Shown here: piece by piece, positions 11,881 through 22,999 of the stretch
Position numbering within the stretch: the stretch's first letter is position 1
Layout: each line of letters begins with the position of its first letter
Assembly: GCF_006345805.1 (NCBI RefSeq)
Contig: NW_021831850.1
Location: 1-64,000 of the forward strand
Source of the DNA: Octopus sinensis
Taxonomy: Eukaryota
Direction: 5' to 3'
Length of the DNA: 64,000 bases
The notes under the pieces: model-generated
What the model was told of the DNA's origin: nothing
Seen by the model: only the letters and a program-made list of their open reading frames with translations
The model's database searches: none
Made by a program: the position numbers and the translations under genes

Positions 11881-12215
11881 AAACTACAAGTCAATGGATT
11901 GGACACTTTTGCCAGCACAAATCCGTCTGCCCTGGATCAGCTGACATTCTGCATTTGAGAGCATTGTTGATTTACATTGCTGTGTTCAAATCTTACCTTT
12001 GCTGTGGTTTGAAGAAATACTTGTCAAGCTATACACAATGCCTCCAAATCTACACACACACACATACACATGCACAATGTAGGAGGCACTTACATATGCA
12101 CTAAGGAAATCTGAGTTATTTCAATGAATATATGTTTAAATAATTAGTTTTAAAATAAATTTAAGTTAATTCAATCCTTTAATATATTCAGGATTTGAAA
12201 ATAAAGTTCACTCAC

Positions 12216-12362
12216 CAAAGTCACAAGAACGGTGGAATCCCTGAACACAGTGCGGATGAGGTCCTGAATGGTTTCCTCCATCAAGGCATCATCGTTAGTG
12301 TGTTCCTGCTCCACAATAACTATTTTACTGTCTCTCATATAAGCTCGAGCAAAACAGAAAAG
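12216..12362 (-). CDS. ABCC8/9-like: ABCC/SUR-like transporter exon (Walker B/D-loop region)
   Basis: ttttacag|CTT...TTG|gtgagt; LFCFARAYMRDSKIVIVEQEHTNDDALMEETIQDLIRTVFRDSTVLVTL; 147 bp. Confidence 0.9.
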
Positions 12363-12556
12363 CTGTAAAAGAAACAAGGATTACATATATTTAAGTCACA
12401 CACATAATGAGGAAACTTTCCTAGGGAATCAAACACAATGACTGTACAAGGCTGGTTTTGAACATGCGATCTTGTGGTCAATTATTTAATCCAATACCTT
12501 CATGTAATAAACATCGGCTAAAGGAAATGAACAATTAAAACATTTGAAAATCTCAC

Positions 12557-12606
12557 CTGTCTTTGTCCAATAGTAAATTCCTTGCCTTCATGGAGGACAA
12601 CAGTTT
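12557..12606 (-). CDS. ABCC8/9-like: ABCC/SUR-like transporter exon (ABC signature)
   Basis: ctccacag|AA ACT...CAG|gtgaga; (E)TVVLHEGKEFTIGQRQ; 50 bp, phases fit both neighbours. Confidence 0.85.
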
Positions 12607-13389
12607 CTGTGGAGAGAAATATCACTGGTAAAAATAACCATATAAACGATAATTTCAACTGTTTGGGCACAAATTACAAGCTACATCTGACAGTGTTTAG
12701 GGTAACACAGATTAGAGGCTAGAGGTAAGTGTTTGAGATAACACAGATTATGGGTAATATAGCTTACAACATTTGGGGTAACACAGATTACAGAATTCAG
12801 ACAAAATAGTGTTCAATATTAAGGGCAACTTCGACTGTGTACTTCTGAGTGTCTCTTTGAAATGTTAAGCAGTTATACAGGAAATCCTAATTAACCACAT
12901 TGAAGGGGTCTCGTGGTTATAGCTGCTAAAGGAGAGTACCCAGATATAATATAAAGTGCTGACAGGGGCAGCCTTAACCTTGCAGAAACTGTGTGTGTCT
13001 GCATGCGCGCGCACACACACAATAAACACAGATAGGTTATTGTTTATTCTTCACCTAACTTGGAACCTTCCATGCATTTGGATCTGGAGTTTGTGCAGTG
13101 AGTGTACCCCCGTGTGACTTTGAATGCATACTGTGTATTCTGTAAGTACTTGTGTGTGTGTGCATAACTGGAAGGACAAATCCATATTTACTTTAGTAAG
13201 TATGTATATGTCAATATCCCCAACTCTACCTTGCTGCTTTTGCTATCTAAATACTCTGATTCCACCAAATCCTGAAAATTTTAATTCTATATAAATATAT
13301 ATATACAGATAGATGGGTGTGTTGTGATCGTGAGATAAATATTAGTATGGAATACCAAAAAAAGAAAAAAAAAAGTCTTTCTAATGACT

Positions 13390-13545
13390 ACAACTTGCAC
13401 TTGTTTTCGACACAATGATAGGTGCACCATGTACCCCATTCCATTATCCATTAGTGTTCTAAGTTCTTCATCAATCATAGCAGCATTGCATTTCATTAGT
13501 TTTGACCATGGTCTTGGAAGGACACTGCACAGTTCATCATGCCAT
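13390..13545 (-). mobile_element. Possible highly decayed Ty3/Gypsy RT N-terminal fragment
   Basis: PRPWSKL...AAMIDEELRTLMDNG, then (shifted frame) GAPIIVSK, resembling Gypsy 'RPVPYA...VDEEL.RL...G.I.....W.APIVVVKK'. Short and frameshifted. Confidence 0.3.
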
Positions 13546-14514
13546 GTGTCAATTTGGCTGGTGAGCAACCCTGGCTGCCTCAATCAATGCCTTTATTAAA
13601 CAGCAACTATTGTCTTATTTGTCAACTGAAATAAGGTTGCTACAGAGTTATTTACTGGTCATTTTCTGCAATTTGAGTGAGCTTCAAGAGATGCTAGGGA
13701 CTTAGTGAGGGTCCAGGTTTCTCATCCATAAAAAAAAGATTGCTGCAACTATGAAAATTCATTGGCTGTAAGTCCAGATAGGCTTCATTTCATTGGATTT
13801 ACTTTCTAGCTAAGGCCTCTGTGTATTTTGCTGTCCATTTATGTTCTTGCTACTAGTGAACTGTGGTCAGTTAATTATCAGGACACAAAAACCAATTGAA
13901 TGGTTTCAACAGAGAGAAAATTGACCTACATTCATAAGGCAACTATGTTCACCAAACCCATTTCTTCTCTATAAGTTGAACCAGTTACCAATGAGTTCTG
14001 CAATGGCTTTTTAAGACCAATGAGGGAATTCTACCTGCTAGAAATAACAGCCAAATCTCCCCTCCAATTACACCCTAACATGTGAACAAAAGAAAAGTAC
14101 ATTAATATTATAACAGACCTCTCTATGAAGATCGTGATTTGAACAACTAAGATAAAGGTTGACCTGGGGCTAAACAACAACACCAGATGTAAGCTTCCCT
14201 GTCTACCTTTGGTTTAATGTCCAAATTAATGAAATTCCTCTGAGTAACGAACTGCTGACTGAGAATAATAACAGGAAACCCTTCAGAATGTGTTACATTC
14301 AATCAACATATTTAAGTGTCAAAGTAGTTTAAAATGTCTTCTCAGAGATCTTAATCAGGTTAATCAGCTGTTGAAAGTATATGTAAGATCAGTTTGGAGT
14401 TTACCTATGAGGGTCAGTTTGACATTATATATAACAAAAGGAAGGTGTGTGTGTGTGATTATTGATGTGTCAAGCAATGGCAATCCTAAAAATACAACAT
14501 CTCTATCAACATAC

Positions 14515-14618
14515 CCAGTTTATGGGGAAGCTCTTGAACTGTGCTTTTCATTTGAACTGCATTCAAAGCTTCCCAAATCTCTGGATCTTTATATATGCCT
14601 TCTGGATCGAGATTGAAC
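14515..14618 (-). CDS. ABCC8/9-like: ABCC/SUR-like transporter exon (FNLDP region)
   Basis: ttttcag|G TTC...CTG G|gtatgt; (R)FNLDPEGIYKDPEIWEALNAVQMKSTVQELPHKL; 104 bp. Confidence 0.9.
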
Positions 14619-15220
14619 CTGAAAAACAAAACATTTCCGATATCGGCATTAACTGACTCTCTTTATGTTTGCTTGGTTTTAGTTTAATACAGGTTTACTT
14701 GATATACAAATTCATAGATTTACACAAGTTGTTCAAACTGTTATTTTAATAAAATTTGATAAAGCTTCATTTGAGTAGAAGCTTAACTGTGTCTTAAGTT
14801 TAAAGTGACAGGCTAGATGTATCTGGCATATTTGAGCTACGACATTTGGCCAGTTATTTCTGTATCTACTTCAACACAGTTTCAAATTCCAGAGTCTATT
14901 CATACCTCAACCCTGAACCTCAGTGGTTTTATACTCACCTCTGATAAAGTATGTATTTCTACAGCAACAAATCAATCGGTTAGTAATCTGCCACTCTATC
15001 CAATTTAGCAGTTCGTCTCTTTAGCTAATTTACTATTTACTCCTAAAGTATTACTCAAAGAAGATTAAAATTTTTGTGAAAAGCTGAACAACTGCAAATG
15101 TAAACACAGATTCCATTTGGTCCACATCACAGTTTTACAATGATAGATACAATTTATAGAGACAGACAACATGTTGAGTTTGGAATAATGTAGATTTGAA
15201 ATGATGAATGAGAAACTCAC

Positions 15221-15408
15221 CTGACTGTTCCGTCAAACATGATTGGGTCGTGGGGTACAATGGAAAGACGAGATCTCAGAACTTGGGACGGCACAACTGA
15301 TATGTCCTGATAGTTTATCAAGATCTTTCCTTCATGTACATGGATCATCTTGAATAAGGATAAGATGAGAGATGATCGCCCACTCCCAGCATGTCCACAG
15401 AAGGCCAC
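15221..15408 (-). CDS. ABCC8/9-like: ABCC/SUR-like transporter exon (NBD2 Walker A, Q-loop)
   Basis: ttcaag|GTG...GTC AG|gtgagt; VAFCGHAGSGRSSLILSLFKMIHVHEGKILINYQDISVVPSQVLRSRLSIVPHDPIMFDGTV(R); 188 bp. Confidence 0.92.
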
Positions 15409-16216
15409 CTTGAAATATAGAAAAACAACAAACTGCTGTGTAACTGGCAGCAATAGAAGGAACACACACAACCACTGCCACCATGACTAACCACCTCTAG
15501 ACTAGTCATCATCCCAGCACTAACATTACTAAATATAACCATCAACATCTTCAGCATCACTCCACCTTTGCATAACATACACAAACCAACAAAAGAGCTG
15601 ATGTGTGGTCACGTGACCAGCTAGATAGGGGTAATGTCACATGACCAGCTAGATAGGGTAATGTCACATGATCATGTGATTGACCAAATTACTGAATGTT
15701 ATACATCACTGGTCACAATGCACCTCGCATTGTTTTAGCTTTCGAATTATGATCGGAAGGCTCGTCCATCATGGGGTTATTCATTTACAATTGTATAGAC
15801 TAGAGCAATATGAAATGAAGTGTTCCTAATCTGGGAATTGAACCCACTACCTAGCAATTGTAAGTGCAACACCCTAACCACTAGCTCACATACCCTCACA
15901 GATATAGTAATATAATCTTCGTGAAATAACACACTACCATCAAGACATACATTATTTCTGAAAAAAAAAAATGACAGGTGGAACATCTTTGATCAAAAGT
16001 TTGTTTGATCAGGGTTATATATATATCGCATATCCCACAATATTACCAGACAAAGCTTTAAGCTATCCACCATCTTTACAGTAAGTCCTTCTCTACCAGT
16101 TCTTGCTAGATGTATGGAGAGGAATCACTCCCAAAGAAATGATCAGTTATTACCACAGCGTAAGTCTGTAATTAACCACCTCTACCATCACCATCACAAA
16201 CAACAAGATTTGTTAC

Positions 16217-16347
16217 CTTTTCCGCATCTTTTATAGTAAAAGTGGCATCCATAACAGTGGGGCTCTGTTCAGGATCATAGTTTAAGGCAATATGTTGAAA
16301 TTCAATGTCACCAACATCTGGCCAAGACTCAGGTACCTCAATGCAAT
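16217..16347 (-). CDS. ABCC8/9-like: ABCC/SUR-like transporter exon (start of NBD2)
   Basis: ttacag|AT TGC...AAG|gtaaca; CIEVPESWPDVGDIEFQHIALNYDPEQSPTVMDATFTIKDAEK, matching the ABCC 'P..WP..G.I.F......Y......L....F.I...EK' motif; 131 bp. Confidence 0.9.
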
Positions 16348-16559
16348 CTGTAATATAAAGACAAAAGCGAAATAACATTTTAGAATAAAGGCAAGTTAGA
16401 TACTAAACTCTAATTTAAAAAAATACATAATTAATCTATTTGACTAAAATAGCATTTCTACTTTGCAAACAATAATTTAGGGAAGGAGTTTTGTAGGAGT
16501 ATTGCTACATTCCATTGACAATATATAATCTGCTTCACAAATCCCTACAAATAACCGAC

Positions 16560-17860
16560 CTTCCCTAATTATCCAATTTATATTCGATTTAAAGAAATGG
16601 ACTGAAGAAAATCTATGTCCACCTGATGAAACTCTCCAAGTAGAAGAGTATCAATAGTTGGCTCTTCTGATACTATTAAATTCTCAAACAAAATCTCTTT
16701 TTAGAAGCTATTTAATCCTACCAACTTGCACAGCACATACAACTGTATTGCCTTCTGATGATAAGACAGTCAAATGTTTCAACTCAAATGTCTTAGTTTT
16801 GCTCTTACAAATAATGTTGCATGTTTCCAACATGGATAATCTTATTTATGTGATGTGAAATGTGGTGTCATCACATCAGCATCATTTTTTTTGTTTTTTT
16901 GTTTCCCATGTTGACATAAATTGCGCAAGATACCCAAACCCTACCAATTGTCAGTGGGTGATATATGGGGACTTTTAAGATGGTTAATTTTCTCTGGAGC
17001 AACAAAGTGGATACACCAAATATCCATGCTTTTTATGTAGGTGGAACGGCAGAGGGAAAAACATTGGCTGATCAAAGAATGACCACAGTGAAGATTAGTT
17101 CCAGGATCTTTTAATGTCGTTGAAAAGCCTTTTTAGTTCAACCGGGAAAAATCATCCTACCTCCACTCCATATCAAACTTGGCATTTGTTAGAATTCAGG
17201 ATAAAGATGGAACTTTCACTATTTATGCAGCAGATTTCCGAATCTGAGAAGTGAAAGATAAAAGCTGACATATTTTGATGGATCTCAAATCAGAAAATTA
17301 GTGAAAGATGGGAACTTTGTAAATTCAATGAATTGCACTGAAGCATCAATTTGGAATTCATTTGTAATAGCTGTAAAAGAATTTCTGGGCAACAAGTAAG
17401 CAGCCAACTGTACCGAAATAGTCAACAACAAGCTAGAGAACTTGCAAAAGTTAGGAGCAAAATATGATCATAAGGCTGCACTATCTCCACAGTGACTTTG
17501 ATGAATTCCCTGAAAATCTTGGTGACACAAATAGGGAAGATATTCCTATCAGGACATAAAAATCAATGGAATAATGGTGGATGGCACTTGCATATGATGG
17601 TGGACTATTGCTGGAACTTAGTTCAAGATCTCCCTCAAGTTCAGCACTCAAGAAAATCATCCAAACTACAAATTCATGGGTAATTAGACATAAACAATGA
17701 TGTAATTTGTCTATATGGATTTAAAGACTTTTACTAGATTTTCAACTGAATTTTAAGAAAGCATTCTGGTTTTGATGTGATGGTAATAAGTGGATATAAT
17801 TATCAGATTCCATATCTCAAAAAACCCCTAGTTCAGGTCCAAAATTTTTGACAAGAGATA
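16560..17860 (+). pseudogene. Decayed DNA transposase fossil (Chapaev3/CMC-like assignment tentative)
   Basis: Frameshifted motifs KMVNFL.EQQSGYTKYPCFLC (~16980-17035), PLHIKLG (17163-17183), DGSQIRKLVKD (~17277), EFLGNK, LHYLHS, FPENLG, MMVDYCW (~17594). Confidence 0.7.
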
Positions 17861-17889
17861 AAAATATTTTGTTGGCTTGTGTTATGTGT

Positions 17890-17899
17890 GTGTATACAT

Positions 17900-17950
<51 letters not shown>

Positions 17951-18113
17951 TTAAGTAGGTGAATGAATTATCCTAGAATGGATAATTCGGTTAATCAATA
18001 CCTGGGTAGCAAATTCACGTCAGAAAACACGGTTGAAACTACATGCCAAGGGCAAAACCTCATGTTCCTGTGTGGAAATTTGTGTGTGTGTGTATATATA
18101 TATATAATATATA

Positions 18114-18145
<32 letters not shown>

Positions 18146-18400
18146 GTACATACGTACGTACGTACGTACATACATACATACATACATACGTACGTACGTA
18201 CGTACATACATACATACATACATACATACATACATACATACATACATACATACATACATACATACATACATACATACGTACGTACGTACGTACATACATA
18301 CATACATACATACATACATACATACATACATACATACATACATACATACATACATACATACATGTATGTATGTGTGTGCATGTATGTATGCACACATATA
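17890..18400. repeat. (TA)n and long (TACA)n/(TACG)n microsatellites
   Basis: Directly visible. Confidence 0.95.
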
Positions 18401-18851
18401 TATTTTAAAAACTTTCCAACTGATTAGTATATATTCCAGTTGTTTACATTCTGAATTCATATCCTGTCTTGAGCCTTAACCTGTCATTCAGTTTAATGCC
18501 ACCACTTTAGGGGAGTCAACTCAGTTCAGGCTAGCCCGTCCCCCAGTTTGGAAACCCCGGCCCATGATTCTCAGAGGCCTTGTAAAAGATCATGGACACT
18601 GCTTTCCTCCTATTAAAGAAGTTAAAAAGAAACACACACACACACACACTTTTGAATTTACAATTAAATTTTTTTTCAAAAAGTACTCAAAACAAAATTA
18701 GAGTGTGTATATTTAAATCGTCCTTTCGTTGTTGCAGATTTTTAATGCACATAACTATCATGATACTGACAACAATGTTGTGATTGTTACATAATAAATA
18801 CTTTAAAAAAGAAATTTAATTTAGATTCGATGAAAAATATATTCTAAATGT

Positions 18852-18945
18852 AGGCACAGGAGTGGCTGTGTGGTAAGTATCTTGCTTACCAACCACATGG
18901 TTCCGGTTCAGACGGAAACTGAAAGAAACCCGTCGTATATATGCA
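18852..18945 (+). mobile_element. SINE family A head (internally deleted), 5' half of the SINE split by the RTE insertion
   Basis: ggagtggctgtgtggtaagtatcttgcttaccaaccacatggttccggttcag|acggaaactgaaagaaacccgtcgtatat. Confidence 0.75.
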
Positions 18946-19010
<65 letters not shown>

Positions 19011-19014
<4 letters not shown>

Positions 19015-20820
19015 TCATCATCATCGTTTAACGTCCGTTCTCCGTGCTAGCACGGGTTGGACGGTTCGACGGGGGTCTAGGAAGCCAGGGGCTGCACCAG
19101 GCTCCAGTCTGATCTGGCAGTGTTTCTACAGCTGGATGCCCTTCCTAACGCCAACCACTCCGCGAGTGTAGTGGGTGCTTTTTACGTGCCACCGGCACAG
19201 GTGCCAGGGGAGTCTGGCATCATCCACGATCGGTTGGTGCTTTTAACGTGCCACCGGCACGGAAGCCAGTCAAGGTGGCGCTGGCATCGGCCACGTTCGG
19301 ATGGTGCTTTTTATGTGCCACCGACACAGGTATCACAATTACTATTTCCATTGATATTTATTTCGATGTTCATGTACTTGAATCAATAGGTCTCCTCAAG
19401 CACAGCGGGATGTTCTGGTATCCAAGGTACTTTGAATGGGCAGGGGCTATGCGGGACTGGTGCAGGAAGCAGCCCGGGTCTTTGCAGTCACAGCATATCT
19501 CCAGAGATCTCGGTCCTTCGCCATTGCGTCAGTGAGGCCCAATGCTCTGAGGTCATGCTTGACTACCTCATCCCATGTCTTCCTGGGTCTTCCTCTCCCC
19601 CTAATACCTTCAACTGTTTGGGAGCGGCACTTCTTCACACATCTCTCCTCATCCATCTGCAGTACATGACCATACCATCACAAGCGTTGCTCTTGCACAC
19701 CACATTTGATGCTTCTTATGTCCAGCATTTCTCTCAGGGTGCTTACCCTCTGTCGTGCACGCACACTGACATTACACAACCAGCGGATCATGCTAGCTTC
19801 ATTCTTTTCAAGTCTACGCATGTCCTCTGCAGTCACAGCCCATGTTTCACTACCGTGAAACATGGCAGTTTGCACACATGCATCATACAATCTACCTTTC
19901 ACTCTGAGCGAGAGACCCTTTGTCGCCAGTAGGGGTAGGAGCTTTCTAAACTTTGCCCAGGCTATTCGTATTCTAGTGGTGACACTCTCTGAGCATCCAC
20001 CTCCACTACTAACTTGGTCACCCAGGTAGCGGAAACTATCAACTACTTCTAGTTTCTCCTCCTGGAGTGTGATGGAATCTGTTTTCTGAGTATCTGTGGT
20101 GTCTATTGTCCCTGTGCATCTGCCGCACATGAAAGCTATCTTATCAGTTAATTTCCCTTTGATGTTGCTGCACCTCTTATGCGTCCATAGCTTACACTGG
20201 GTACATCTTATGGAGTTTCTACCTACGACTTTCCTACAGATCGAGCAGGGCCACCTGCCCGAGGGGGTGTGTGCTGAGTTCGCCTTTCTGCTCACTATAA
20301 CTTTGGTCTTTGCTACATTTACTCTAAGGCCCTTTGATTCTAACCCTTGCTTCCACACCCGCAATTTCTTTTCTAGTTCCGGTAGTGATTCTGCTATGAG
20401 AGCCAGGTCATCAGCATAGAGGAGCTCCCAGGGGCAACCTGCTTTGAATTCCTCTGTTATTGCCTGGAGGACTATGATGAATAAAAGGGGACTGAGGGCT
20501 GAGCCTTGGTGTACACCTACTTCTACCCGGAATTTTTCACTATATTCGTTGCCAATTCTAACCTTGCTAACAGCCTCTCTATATAGGGCCTGTACAGCCC
20601 TTATTAGCCATTCATCAATCTCCAGTTTCCACATCGACCACCAGATAAGGGATCGGGGGACCCTGTCAAAGGCTTTCTCCAAGTCCACAAAAGCTACGTA
20701 GAGGGGTTTATCTTTAGCTAGGTATTTCTCCTGCAGTTGTCGGACCAGGAATATAGCATCAGTGGTGCTTCTACCTGGCACAAAACCGAACTGCATCTCA
20801 TCTAAGCAAATTCTCTCCCG
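19011..20820 (-). mobile_element. 5'-truncated RTE-clade LINE (RT with embedded PHD-like finger), one in-frame TGA
   Basis: QFGFVPGRSTTDAIF, FVDLEKAFDRVPR, GVHQGSALSPLLF, LLYADD, FRYLG, RGRGRPRKTW. TGA at 19678-19680 is in frame with the downstream ORF 19447-19656. (CAT)n tail on the plus strand at 19011-19025. Confidence 0.92.
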
Positions 20821-21055
20821 TGTGTGTGTATGTGTGTGTGTGTGTGTATGTGTGTCTGTGTTTGTCCCCCTAGCATTGCTTGACAACCGATGCTGGTGTG
20901 TTTATGTCCCCGTCACTTAGCGGTTTGGCAAAAGAGACCGATAGAATAGGTACTGGGCTTACAAAGAATGAGTCCCGGGGTCGAGTTACTCGATTAAAGG
21001 CGGTGCTCCAGCATGGCCGCAGTCAAATGACTGAAACAAGTAAAAGAGTAGAGAG
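20821..21055 (+). mobile_element. SINE family A internal (TG)n plus tail, 3' half of the split SINE
   Basis: tgtgtg...cttgacaaccgatgctggtgtgtttatgtccccg...cagtcaaatgactgaaacaagtaaaagag. Confidence 0.8.
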
Positions 21056-21544
21056 TATCATATTGTAGTTTTCTCGTCACTGTAGCAAAGAATGAATTGC
21101 TGACAGGTGGAAGGTCATCTCACGTTTTTACTAAATCACAGAAATTGGTTTATTATAATAAAAGAGTCGACAAAGACATGGGTGCATGCATAAAGGCATT
21201 CGTTATGCTTGCACAAAATACATGCAAACACAAGGAAACATTCACAGGTGATTGTGTTCATGCAAATACCGAAACTGGAATAAACATGCATGTAGTCCCA
21301 TACACACAGACACAGAACACATGTATATACAAACCTACATACAGCCATACAAACAAACATACAAGCATACATCTGAAATTGTCAAAAAAACACTTAGCGT
21401 TTCTACATCAGACTTAAAACATTAAACTGTTTTCTACAGAAAATACACAAAAATAAAATAAAATCATATTCTAAAAATATATAGTCCTTTGTCTCCATGA
21501 AGTATGTGTGAGGTGTATGGTAGTACCATATTTCTTCAAATAAG

Positions 21545-21845
21545 TAGCTTCCTTTGGTCATGAATGACCATGGGATGACACCTAGTAAGTTCTCCTCCGA
21601 GGCACAAGTCCAGGCAAGGTTGTTTATGGAAGACCAGCAGTCAAACATGTATACCAGCCTCCCCTCTCTACACCACCAATGTTATCCAAGGGAACGACAA
21701 AGGCCGATACAGCTTGGCACCAGTGACATTGCAATTCATATCTACAGCTGAATGAACTGGAGCAACGTGAAATAAAGTGTCCTGCTCAAGAACACAACAT
21801 GCAACCCGGTCTAGGAATTGAACTCACTACCTCATAATATAGAAC
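21545..21845 (-). mobile_element. SINE with tRNA-like head and LINE-like tail
   Basis: Head at ~21770-21840 (ctcaagaacacaac...ggaattgaactcactacc), tail ggtcatgaatgaccatggga...ggaagaccagcagtc. Confidence 0.55.
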
Positions 21846-22999
21846 AAACATTACAATTTTATTCACGTTAATGACAAAACTAAACCCACAATAAGGGATT
21901 TGTAAACTATGCATATTTAGTCCAAACAGCACTAACCAGGCAATGAGTCTATGATGTAATGTCAAATGATACAGTGGGGAGGGGGGTTCTCCAAAGGGAT
22001 TTAGTGTTGGTAGGGGTTGTGTGGGCGATGGAGCATTTTTTGGTCAATAGTAGGGCGATATTGCAATTTGGCACGAAAGGTTTAGGAAACACTGCTTTGG
22101 GGTCCGGAACTGTAAAATAATTAAAATTACATCTAGCACACACATATATTCAAGATGTTGTTAGTGTAGCTTGTTCCAGACAGAATTACTGGCTCTCTAT
22201 ACAGATGTGCCCCACAAAGAAACATCTATGTGGCCACTCAACTACCTGGAAGCAGGAGCTAAATCTCTCTCAGGTCACAGCCAACTATCTTGAAACACAT
22301 TAGATGTTGTAGTGCCAAGGTACATTGTGGCTGAATAAAAGACAAAATGGTGACAGCTAGATCACATTTCTGTATCGTTTGTTGGATTAAGGGGTGGGAT
22401 TAGTGGGGGCTGAACAGCACTCACATTATACTACATCCTACCATCATAACATCACAACCAGATATACACATGCATATAATTGCAACTTTAATGTTAGACA
22501 AGATACTTATCTTCTTCCAATCCATCATCCTCAAGACTATTTTCTGTCATTACAGACATCTATGATACCTGACGACTAATTGGTATCCCAAGGTTTGACT
22601 GAAACACAAATATATACCGGTAATATACAAGAGTTTAATCACACAACACACAAGAAATACGTGTGCGTGTGTATATGCATGTAGACATATATTGTAAACG
22701 CAGCTATGTTGAGGTATGTGTATATGTTTTTTTTGCATGTATATGTGTGTGTAGAGGTAGGGGTATGTGTGTGTCAACAGTTCAAATTTCATTTCAGATA
22801 TGGGGTTGTGCCTTTGACTAAGATACAGGAGTAAATTTTCCTAGACAGGCAAACTGAGCAAACAAGAAAATCCACGTTTCCCGTAGGTGCTTCTACACAG
22901 TTGCTCAATCTATCGGAAATGGCAGAAAAATCTGCCTCACATCACACTCTACTGTCTCACAGAATAATATAGTGGATAAAATAATACTTTGTTTAGTCA

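Noticed and set aside
22505-22596. Possible further ABCC exon (MSVMTENSLEDDGLEED, or micro-exon SNLGIPISRQ)
   Set aside because: No recognisable ABCC similarity, and the available donor sites do not give the phase-1 junction needed by the exon starting at 16347.
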